This document shows, in pieces, positions 24,869-32,395 of a DNA stretch of 34,985 bases (position 1 is its first letter; every line of letters begins with the position of its first letter). This DNA comes from Acidimicrobiales bacterium. GTDB lineage: Bacteria; Actinomycetota; Acidimicrobiia; Acidimicrobiales; JACDCH01. Under the pieces are notes generated by a model that saw only the letters and a list, made by a program, of their open reading frames with translations, did no database searches and had not been told where the DNA came from. The stretch covers positions 1 through 34,985 of the forward strand of contig DASZHU010000146.1 in assembly GCA_035937605.1 (NCBI GenBank), given 5' to 3'. The translations under genes and the position numbers were made by a program.

Positions 24869-25480
24869 CTACAGCCAGCCCTTCTGCTCGGCGGTGGCGA
24901 TCGCCTCGGCGCGGTTGCGGGCGCCGAGCTTGTGCATCACCGACGAGAGGTAGTTCCGCACGGTGCCTTCGGACAGGTACAGGTGCTCGGCGAGCTCGGC
25001 CACGGTCGAGTGCACGCGGGCCGCCCGCAACACGTCGCGCTCGCGAGGCGTGAGCGGATCGTCTCCTTCACGAAGTGTGGAGAGCGCGAGCGCCGCGTCC
25101 ACGATCTGCTCGCCCGCGTGGGCGCGACGAACGACCGACGCCAGCTCGGCCGCGGGCGCCTCCTTCAGTACGAAGCCCGCCACGTTCGCGGCCATCGCCC
25201 GCCGGAGGTAACCCGGTCGCCCGAAGGTCGTCACGATGACCACGCGGCACGACGGCAGCGAGGTCGCGAGCGCTTCGGCGACCGAGAGCCCGTCGAGGTC
25301 GGGGAGCTCGATGTCGAGGAGCGCCACATCTGGCCGCAGCCGCGCCGCGGCGTCGAGCGCGTCCGCGCCGGTGCCGACCGCACCGACGACGGAGATGTCG
25401 GGTTCGAGCGAGAGCAGCGCGCTCACCGCGTCGCGTAGCAGCGTCTGATCCTCGACGATGAGCACGTCGATCATGGTCAC
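24869..25480 (-). CDS. Two-component response regulator, NarL/LuxR (DesR-like) family
   Basis: Receiver domain IDVLIVEDQ....DVALLDIELPDLDG, plus a C-terminal LuxR HTH (LTPRERDVLRA....ELAEHLYLSEGTVRNYLSSVMHKLGARNR). Confidence 0.93.
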   Translation of the reverse strand: MTMIDVLIVEDQTLLRDAVSALLSLEPDISVVGAVGTGADALDAAARLRPDVALLDIELPDLDGLSVAEALATSLPSCRVVIVTTFGRPGYLRRAMAANVAGFVLKEAPAAELASVVRRAHAGEQIVDAALALSTLREGDDPLTPRERDVLRAARVHSTVAELAEHLYLSEGTVRNYLSSVMHKLGARNRAEAIATAEQKGWL

Positions 25481-26583
25481 CTCGCGACGCGCGCTCGAGC
25501 GTGGAAGCCGCCGTCGGGGCCGGAGTCCAGCTCCAACGTGCCGCCGACGAGCGCGAGGCGTTCACGGGCGCCCGCGAGGCCGTTGCCGACCGTGCCCGAT
25601 GGTCCGTGTCCATCGTCGGTGACGGCGAGCGAGATGGCTCCGCGGTCGCCCGACGCCTCGATGCGGCACGACCGGGCGTGGCTGTGGCGTACGACGTTGG
25701 TCACCATCTCGCGCAAGACCCAGGCCAGGGTTTCGTCGAGGTCGTCCGGCACGTCGTCGACATCAGCGTGCACCTCGGCCTCGATACCCGCGGCATCGAG
25801 CGCGACGCGAGCGTTGGTCAGCTCGGCGGCGAGGTTCGGCCGCCGGTAGCCGGTCACGGTCTCGCGTACCTCGACGAGAGCCTCGCGGGCGAGGCGCTCG
25901 ACCTCGGTCATCTCCTGCACGGCCCTCTCCATGTCAGCCGGTGCCAGCCGGCTCGCCAGCTCGCTCTTGGCGCGGATGACCGTGAGCGAGTGCCCGAGCA
26001 GATCGTGCAGGTCGCGTGCGAAGCGCACCCGTTCGTCGAGCACCGCGAGGCGCGCCACTTCCTCGCGGGCGGCCATCAGTTGCCTGTTCGCCTCGGAGAG
26101 CCGCCGCAGTCCGAAGGTGAACAGCCCGACGACGAACACGATGATCCCCTGCGTGAAGATCTCCGACGGCGCGAAGTGGTTGGCGGTCGCGGAGATCACC
26201 ACGATGGCCGAGCCGGTGAGGATGATCGGCACGGACTGTCGGGGAGGAAGGCCTTCGCCCGCCATCGCCGCCACGGCGGCGACGTAGACCGCGGCCGTCA
26301 CCCCCAGCAGCGCGAGCACCACCGAGAGCACGCCCATCACGGCGATGGCCGCGTGGTACGAGCGCACGTCGAGCCTGTACGAGAACGTAAGCAGGAAGAA
26401 GGCTGCGGTGAACATCGCGATAGCGGCGACGCCGGCCAGCGCGACGGCCGTCGAATGCGAGTCGAAGAGATCTCGAGCCGAGAATCCCACGATCGCCAGG
26501 TACGCCGGCAGCCCGACGTAGAGCAGGGCAACCGGTGTCGAACGAGGGAAGCGATTCGACGTGGGCCGAGCCACGTCCGACAT
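25477..26583 (-). CDS. Sensor histidine kinase, HisKA_3 (DesK/NarX-like), membrane-embedded sensor
   Basis: Four or five N-terminal TM helices with almost no extracytoplasmic loop. H-box RFARDLHDLLGHSLTVI and HATPase blocks VLREMVTNVVRHS and DDGHG..G.GL.G..ER. Its stop overlaps the response-regulator start (GTGA). Confidence 0.9.
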   Translation of the reverse strand: MSDVARPTSNRFPRSTPVALLYVGLPAYLAIVGFSARDLFDSHSTAVALAGVAAIAMFTAAFFLLTFSYRLDVRSYHAAIAVMGVLSVVLALLGVTAAVYVAAVAAMAGEGLPPRQSVPIILTGSAIVVISATANHFAPSEIFTQGIIVFVVGLFTFGLRRLSEANRQLMAAREEVARLAVLDERVRFARDLHDLLGHSLTVIRAKSELASRLAPADMERAVQEMTEVERLAREALVEVRETVTGYRRPNLAAELTNARVALDAAGIEAEVHADVDDVPDDLDETLAWVLREMVTNVVRHSHARSCRIEASGDRGAISLAVTDDGHGPSGTVGNGLAGARERLALVGGTLELDSGPDGGFHARARVAR

Positions 26584-26589
26584 TGTGGT

Positions 26590-26757
26590 CTACGGCCGGC
26601 GGCTGGATGCGAGCTCGTCGAGCTGGAGGGCGACCCGTCGCTCGAGTGAGCCGAGCATGTGCTCGAAGCGCAGCTGCCGTGCGACCCACGAACGCGCTTC
26701 GCGCGTGCCGTCGGTCTCGTTCGTCGCCGTCGTTGCGGGGACTGCTGCGTGCGTCAT
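26590..26757 (-). CDS. Possible 55-aa leader ORF upstream of the sensor kinase (not in the ORF track)
   Basis: Hand translation gives MTHAAVPATTATNETDGTREARSWVARQLRFEHMLGSLERRVALQLDELASSRRP. Third positions are predominantly G/C. Its TAG (26590-26592) lies 6 nt before the kinase ATG. No convincing RBS. Confidence 0.3.
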   Translation of the reverse strand: MTHAAVPATTATNETDGTREARSWVARQLRFEHMLGSLERRVALQLDELASSRRP

Positions 26758-26840
26758 GGGAGCAACGTACGACGAGCTCGGCTTCCGCAGTAGTGCCGCG
26801 GGTCAGGACTCCGCCATGACAAAAGTCATGGATCGAGGGG

Positions 26841-28223
26841 TCAGGGCAGCGCCTGCTGCTCGTCCATCATGTCGGCCATCACGGCCTTGATGAACTCATC
26901 GGCTTCGTTGGTCATCCCTCCGGCCACACCGCCGTAGATCGCGCCGCTCTGCGCCGGCTGGTCCTTGTGGGCTCGCGCGTAGTCGACGGCCTCGGCCAGG
27001 TCGCGGGCGAACGCTTCGGCGACGCCGGTCTGGGTCTGCGGACGGGTGACGGCCATGTGCAGGGCGTTCGGGTACTGCTGGCCGTTGAACCGCCAACCTT
27101 TCGGACGCATGAAGTCGTTCACGTGGTACACGTCGAACTCGTCGGACGTGAAGCTGAACAGAAACGTCGGATCACCGAGCATCGACAGCTCCGCGTGCGA
27201 CCGGACGGCTTGTTGCATCGCCGCCGAGGTCTCGAAGATCTTGGCGGCGTAGCCGAGGTAGCCCTCCCACCCGAAGCTCACCATCGCGGCCCAGGTCGCG
27301 GCGAGCAGACCGCCCGATCGCGATCCCTCGATGCCCGGCGAGCAGTACTTGCCGCCGCTCCAGTCGGTGAGGAAGAAGTACTGGGCGTTGCGGTACTGCT
27401 TGTCGCGGAACGTGCAGACCGACGAGCCCTTGAACGCATAGCCGTACTTGTGTGTGTCGGCCGAGATGCTGGTGACGCCGGGCAGCCGGTAGTCGTACAC
27501 CGGAATGTTGTACCCGAGCTTCTGGCCGAACGGCAGGATGAACCCGCCGAGACAACTGTCCACATGAAGCCCGACGCCGCGCTCGAGCGCGAGCTGCGAC
27601 AGCTCCTGCATCGGATCGACGGTGCCGTAGCCGTAGTTGCATGCCGACCCGACGAGGGCGACAGTGTCGCTGTCGATGTGCTCGGCAACCCAGTCCACGT
27701 CGACCTGCGTGGTCGTGGGATCGACGGGAGCCTTGCGCAGTTCGATGCCGAACAGGTGGCAGGCCTTGTCGAACGCAGGGTGGGCGGTCTCCGGCTTGAT
27801 GATGTTGGGCGTCGTGATACCGCGTTGCTGCGAACCGAACTCGCGGTAGGCGAGAACCGCGTGCAGGATGCTGCCGGTCCCGCCGGTGGTGACCACGCCG
27901 ACCGGTTGCGTGTCTGTTACCGCGTCGCCGTTCAGCACGTCGAGCGTCATCGCGATGATCTCGGCCTCGAACTTCGTCTGGCTCGGGCACATGTCGCGCT
28001 GCAGAGCATTCACGTGGGCGAAGCGTCCGAACGCCTCGTTCATGAAGTGGTAGTGCTCATGGTCGCCGCAGTACATCGTCCCGGAGCACTTGCCCGTCTC
28101 CCAGAACGCGTCCTCCTGCACGGCCATGAAGGCCAGCTCGGCGAGGATCTCCGCGCGAGGCCGGCCCTTCTGCGGGAGGGTGCGGTTGACGGCGAAGCGA
28201 TCCTCGTACGGATATCCGGCCAT
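26841..28223 (-). CDS. PLP-dependent group II decarboxylase-fold enzyme, sphingosine-1-phosphate-lyase-like
   Basis: PLP-lysine block SISADTHKYGYAFKGSSV and GGTGSILHAVLAYRE. The overall N-terminal layout matches SPL-type enzymes, but no N-terminal TM is present. Confidence 0.8.
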   Translation of the reverse strand: MAGYPYEDRFAVNRTLPQKGRPRAEILAELAFMAVQEDAFWETGKCSGTMYCGDHEHYHFMNEAFGRFAHVNALQRDMCPSQTKFEAEIIAMTLDVLNGDAVTDTQPVGVVTTGGTGSILHAVLAYREFGSQQRGITTPNIIKPETAHPAFDKACHLFGIELRKAPVDPTTTQVDVDWVAEHIDSDTVALVGSACNYGYGTVDPMQELSQLALERGVGLHVDSCLGGFILPFGQKLGYNIPVYDYRLPGVTSISADTHKYGYAFKGSSVCTFRDKQYRNAQYFFLTDWSGGKYCSPGIEGSRSGGLLAATWAAMVSFGWEGYLGYAAKIFETSAAMQQAVRSHAELSMLGDPTFLFSFTSDEFDVYHVNDFMRPKGWRFNGQQYPNALHMAVTRPQTQTGVAEAFARDLAEAVDYARAHKDQPAQSGAIYGGVAGGMTNEADEFIKAVMADMMDEQQALP

Positions 28224-28266
28224 GACGGAACGCTAGATCGTCACCGGCGGGTGGCGCCGTTCGTCG

Positions 28267-28743
28267 TCAGGCGCGGCCTTCGGCGACGGCCTTGATGCGC
28301 TCGAGCGTCGCCTCCATGTTCCTCACGAGGTCGGCGCGACGATCCTTGACCCGCATGACCTGCTTCTCGAGGAACACGATGACGCCGGGCATGTCGTGCA
28401 TCATCTCGAACGACTCGATCACCTTCGTGCCCGTGCCATCGGGCTCGAACCGGTAGCGCCACTTGGTCGTGTCCTGCTTGCGGAAGTCGACCACGAAGGC
28501 GAACTCGCGACCCTCATCGGCGGCCACGACGCGCGGCTTGGTGCTCCAGCGCGCGAAGCCGTTTCGGTTCGAGCCCCGGAAGCGCGCGCCGACGGCGGGC
28601 TCCGTTGCGCCGTCGAGCCACTCGCACGAGCGACACTCCGGGCTCCACTCGCCCATACGGCGTACGTCGGTGACCAACTCGTAGACCTTCTCGGGCGGTG
28701 CCTCCACGTGGATGCTCGCCTCGCCAGTGGTGCCCTTCTTCAT
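28267..28743 (-). CDS. SRPBCC (START/polyketide-cyclase-like) family protein
   Basis: 158 aa from ATG 28743. Reads SIHVEAPPEKVYELVTDVRRMGEWSPEC....RFRGSN, the typical SRPBCC N-terminal pattern. The listed 448-aa ORF is an Arg-rich extension. Confidence 0.8.
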   Translation of the reverse strand: MKKGTTGEASIHVEAPPEKVYELVTDVRRMGEWSPECRSCEWLDGATEPAVGARFRGSNRNGFARWSTKPRVVAADEGREFAFVVDFRKQDTTKWRYRFEPDGTGTKVIESFEMMHDMPGVIVFLEKQVMRVKDRRADLVRNMEATLERIKAVAEGRA

Positions 28744-28763
28744 GCGGCCTCTCCCGTCCTGGT

Positions 28764-28808
28764 GAACCGGACAGAGGTCTACCGGTTCGAGTTCGTAGTG
28801 TGCGAACC
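28764..28808. promoter_or_regulatory. Three interlocking copies of GAACCGG/CCGGTTC, forming alternative hairpins in the thioesterase-SRPBCC spacer
   Basis: GAACCGG at 28764-28770 and CCGGTTC at 28782-28788 form an inverted pair. GGTTCG at 28784-28789 pairs with CGAACC at 28803-28808. Confidence 0.3.
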
Positions 28809-28820
28809 GATGAGCACCGG

Positions 28821-29690
28821 TCAGTCGCTGAACGTGAACAGGAACAACTGGGTCGCATACGCGACCAGCCGAGGCGCGTCGGTGCCATCGACGCCGCAAT
28901 CCCACATCGCCATGTCCGACGACGCGTAGCCGTCGCCGGCGTGGCGCGCGCGGTTGTGAGCCAGCAGCCAGGGTGAACGACAGTCGGCGAGCACGTGCAC
29001 AGTGAGGTCGACACTTGGCGCGAACCACATTCGCTCCTGTGGGCCGACCTTCTCGCCGACCGCTCCCGGCATCGTGTCGGCGAGCACGACGACCGCAAGC
29101 GGGTCCATCGTGCCGTCGTCGAGCATCGGCGGATCGTCGAAGCGGTACCACATGGCCCGCTCGGCGCGGTCCGGCACGTACGGCTCCCACCACGGATGCC
29201 CGATCGCGTTGCGGCCCTCGACGAGGTCGCGCCAGAACGGCATCTCGTCTGACATGACCTCGACGCCCGGCGGGGGCGGATCTCGGAACGACGGGCAATC
29301 CGCGGGCGATGGCACGCCGACAGGTGGCTCGAGATCGGTGAACTCGAAGCCGGGACGCGTCGACCCGAAGATCGCGGTCGTGAGATGGCCGCGGGCCGCG
29401 TCCACGTTCCTGACCTCGGCGCGCAGGTGTGACATGGATCGCCCTTGGCGCAACAGTTCGACGTCGATCGAAACCGGGCCGTGCGCCACCTGCGCGACGA
29501 AGGCTGTGTGCAACGTCCGGAGTCGTTGATCGGGGTGCGCGAGCGCGTCGGCCATCGCGCGCAGGGCGAGCGCGGTGACGAAGCCTCCTTGCGGAAGCGG
29601 TCGCAGGTTCCACGACTCACGGATCGTGGCGTCGTACCGGTTCACGCCGACTGGCGTGACGCGGGTGTCGTCGGCGAAGGGGCGTGCCAT
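28821..29690 (-). CDS. Acyl-CoA thioesterase, TesB-like double hot-dog family
   Basis: 289 aa from ATG 29690. Reads GGFVTALALRAM....LHTAFVAQV...VELLRQGRSMSHLRAEV, with a second half ...SVDLTVHV... The two-hot-dog layout is typical of thioesterase II-like proteins. Confidence 0.7.
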   Translation of the reverse strand: MARPFADDTRVTPVGVNRYDATIRESWNLRPLPQGGFVTALALRAMADALAHPDQRLRTLHTAFVAQVAHGPVSIDVELLRQGRSMSHLRAEVRNVDAARGHLTTAIFGSTRPGFEFTDLEPPVGVPSPADCPSFRDPPPPGVEVMSDEMPFWRDLVEGRNAIGHPWWEPYVPDRAERAMWYRFDDPPMLDDGTMDPLAVVVLADTMPGAVGEKVGPQERMWFAPSVDLTVHVLADCRSPWLLAHNRARHAGDGYASSDMAMWDCGVDGTDAPRLVAYATQLFLFTFSD

Positions 29691-29751
29691 GCAGCAGCCA
29701 CCTTTGACGGTCGCGGGACGGAGCGTCAATCGGATTCGGCATGCTGTACGC

Positions 29752-30414
29752 ATGAAGGCTGCCGCGATTCACGTCGACCGAGACGCGGTCATCGAGCGGA
29801 TCGACCTCGGGGCTGGCGCGTGGGTCGACGTCGCTCGCGGTTGGATGGCGGGGGCGGAGGCATTGTTCGAGCACCTCCTCCACGAGGTCGAGTGGAGTAC
29901 GAGTCGCCTCTTCCGCTACGACCACTTCGTCGAGGAACGGCGGCTGGGTTCGTCATGGACGCGCGGCAGACCGCTGCCCCACGACGCATTGGCTGACGCC
30001 ACGCGCACGTTGCAACACCGGTACCGCGTCGAGTTCGACCGCTTCGGGATGATGCAGTACCGCGACGGCCGCGACGGTCAGGCGTTCCACCGCGATACCG
30101 ACATGCGCTGGCTCGAGGACACTGTGATCGGAATCCTCAGCCTCGGCGTCCAACGGCCGTGGCTCCTGCGGCCGCGCTCGAGCCGTCACGACGAATCGCC
30201 CGGAAGGGGCGCGACGCACGACCTCGCCCCCGGCTCGGGAGACCTTCTGGTCATGGGAGGGCGCACGCAGGCCGATTGGGAGCATTCGGTGCCGTACCTC
30301 GGGGGACGAACCATGGCGCCGCGTATCTCGATCCAGTGGCGGCACGCCCGCCGCGTGGGTCAGCCATTCATGGGCGCGGGCTACCGCGCTCCGCTGACCT
30401 ACGGGCGCGACTGA
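29752..30414 (+). CDS. AlkB-like Fe(II)/2-oxoglutarate-dependent dioxygenase
   Basis: HxD in QAFHRDTD, distal His in DWEHSVP, and the 2OG-binding RISIQWR. ATG 29752 is preferred; longer starts overlap the divergent thioesterase. Confidence 0.8.
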   Translation: MKAAAIHVDRDAVIERIDLGAGAWVDVARGWMAGAEALFEHLLHEVEWSTSRLFRYDHFVEERRLGSSWTRGRPLPHDALADATRTLQHRYRVEFDRFGMMQYRDGRDGQAFHRDTDMRWLEDTVIGILSLGVQRPWLLRPRSSRHDESPGRGATHDLAPGSGDLLVMGGRTQADWEHSVPYLGGRTMAPRISIQWRHARRVGQPFMGAGYRAPLTYGRD

Positions 30415-30456
30415 ACGAGTACGGTCCGCGCGAGGGCGAGGTGGGGAGGGAAGATC

Positions 30457-31380
30457 ATGACCGAGGCGCGGCGCCGGTACCGGAATCTGGTGTTCGACAG
30501 CCAACGGTGGGACGGCTTCGAGTTCCGCGACGACGACATCCTGATCTCGACGCCGTCGAAGTGCGGCACCACTTGGATGCAGATGATGTGCGCGCTGTTG
30601 ATCTTCCAGGATCCCGCGCTGCCGCGTCCGCTCACGCGGCTGTCGCCGTGGGTCGACATCCAGACCGAGGCCCTCGAGAGCGTCGTCGCCGAGCTGAACG
30701 CGCAGACCCACCGCCGGTTCATCAAGTCGCACACACCGCTCGATGGTCTTCCGAACGACCCGCGGGTCACGTACGTCGCGGTCGGGCGAGATCCCCGCGA
30801 CGTCGCCCTCTCGTGGGACAATCACTTCCAGAACATGAACCTCGAGGTCGTGATGGGCCATCGCCTCGAGGTGGTCGGCATGGACGATCTGGCCGAAGTG
30901 ATGCCGGACGGGATCCCCGAGATCTCAGAGGATCCGGCCGTGCGGTTCTGGCAGTGGATGGAGTCGTCGGACGGCCCGACCGACGACATCGCGGGACTGG
31001 CCGGGATGCTCAACCACATCGGATCGTTCTGGGCTCGACGCGACGCGGACAACATCGCGTTGTTCCACTACGCCGACATGAAGGCGGATCTCGAGGGCCA
31101 GATGCGCCGGCTGGCCGGCGTGCTCGGGATCGAGGTCGACGACTCGCGGTGGCCGGTGCTCGTCGAGGCGGCCACCTTCGATCGGATGCGCGAGCGGGCC
31201 AGCGAGCTCGCGCCGCAGGTGACGCACGGCTTCTGGCGCGACGACGGCCAGTTCTTCCACCGCGGCACGAGCGGTCAATGGACTGCCTTCATTCGTGACG
31301 ACGCGGACCGCGGGCGTTACGAGCGGCGCGTCGCCGAGTTGGCGCCGGCTGATCTCGTGGAGTGGTTGCACCGGGGCTGA
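30457..31380 (+). CDS. PAPS-dependent sulfotransferase (Sulfotransfer_1-like)
   Basis: 5'-PSB loop TPSKCGTTWMQ, catalytic-region IKSHTPLD and 3'-PB block VGRDPRDVALS. Strong RBS GGGGAGGGAAG. Confidence 0.85.
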   Translation: MTEARRRYRNLVFDSQRWDGFEFRDDDILISTPSKCGTTWMQMMCALLIFQDPALPRPLTRLSPWVDIQTEALESVVAELNAQTHRRFIKSHTPLDGLPNDPRVTYVAVGRDPRDVALSWDNHFQNMNLEVVMGHRLEVVGMDDLAEVMPDGIPEISEDPAVRFWQWMESSDGPTDDIAGLAGMLNHIGSFWARRDADNIALFHYADMKADLEGQMRRLAGVLGIEVDDSRWPVLVEAATFDRMRERASELAPQVTHGFWRDDGQFFHRGTSGQWTAFIRDDADRGRYERRVAELAPADLVEWLHRG

Positions 31381-31459
31381 TCGATCGTGATCATCGAACA
31401 GGACGCACGGATGGTGATCGCGTACATGATGAACGGGATGGGTGAGGGGAACCGTCGGG

Positions 31460-32359
31460 CTACAGCTCGCCGCGAGCGAGCAGCTCGACCGGATCCTGCA
31501 TGCGAACCATGCCGAGGTAGCCGCCCCCGCGCGGGATGCTGTCGTGCACGGCGTAGCCGATGAGCTCTTGTGCAAGCCGCGGCAGCTTGGCGGCCACCGG
31601 TGGCGGGATCGACAAATAGTTGTTCTCCTCGGTGCGCAGCCATCCGAGGCAGTAGCTGAGGTGGGCGCCGCGGCGCGCGACGTCCGTCGAGTTCGCGCCG
31701 CCGGCATGGATCGTCCCGCCCAGGTACACGACCGCGGAGCCGGCGGGCATCTCGGCACAGGCGATCTGTTCGGGTGCCGGAGCGGTCGACATCACCTGCT
31801 CCGCGGGCGTGAGCGCGCGGTCCGGCCAGCGGTGGCTTCCCGGCACGACGCGGGTTGCGCCGTTCTCCCGCGTGAAGTCGACGAACGCGATCACCGTGGC
31901 CAGCTGGAGCTCGGGACCCGGTCGCGGAACGTCGCTCCATACGGCTTCGTCACGATGCAGCCACTGCTCGTCCGAGCCCGGGCCGCGTTGCAGGAGGTGT
32001 CCGAGGTTGAGCTGGTAGCGCGCGCACGACGGCAAGAGGATCCGATCCGCCAGTGCGAGCAGGAGCGGATGACACATCACGTCGACCGCGAACGTGGGTG
32101 AGATGCCCGGCGCGCCCGCGACCTGTCGCGTCTGCGGGCCGTGGAATGCCTGCATCACGGGGTTGAACATCGCTTCCGACGGATCCGCACGGTCGAGCGC
32201 GCCGCCGACCTCGTCGTTCACACGGTCGACCACGTCTCGCGTGAGGAGATGCTCGACAATCGCCGCGCCGTCCCGATCGATCGCGGCGAGAATGGGTTCG
32301 ACGTCGCTCGACGCGTCGAAGCGCTCGAGTGTCGCCTGGTCGGTGGTCGGTGTGCTCAT
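31460..32359 (-). CDS. Phytanoyl-CoA dioxygenase (PhyH) family Fe(II)/2OG oxygenase
   Basis: Contains IVEHLL..DVVDRV, HxD in WLHRDEAVW, and distal His in YLGGTIHAGGAN. Confidence 0.85.
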   Translation of the reverse strand: MSTPTTDQATLERFDASSDVEPILAAIDRDGAAIVEHLLTRDVVDRVNDEVGGALDRADPSEAMFNPVMQAFHGPQTRQVAGAPGISPTFAVDVMCHPLLLALADRILLPSCARYQLNLGHLLQRGPGSDEQWLHRDEAVWSDVPRPGPELQLATVIAFVDFTRENGATRVVPGSHRWPDRALTPAEQVMSTAPAPEQIACAEMPAGSAVVYLGGTIHAGGANSTDVARRGAHLSYCLGWLRTEENNYLSIPPPVAAKLPRLAQELIGYAVHDSIPRGGGYLGMVRMQDPVELLARGEL

Positions 32360-32395
32360 GTCTCACGCTCCTCAGCGCTCATTCTGGTCCGACCG

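Noticed and set aside
31381-31459. AT-richer spacer with TGATCGATCG / TGATCATCGA repeats between the convergent sulfotransferase and PhyH genes, considered as a terminator
   Set aside because: The repeats are direct and imperfect and do not form a stable stem. It cannot be supported as a terminator from sequence alone.
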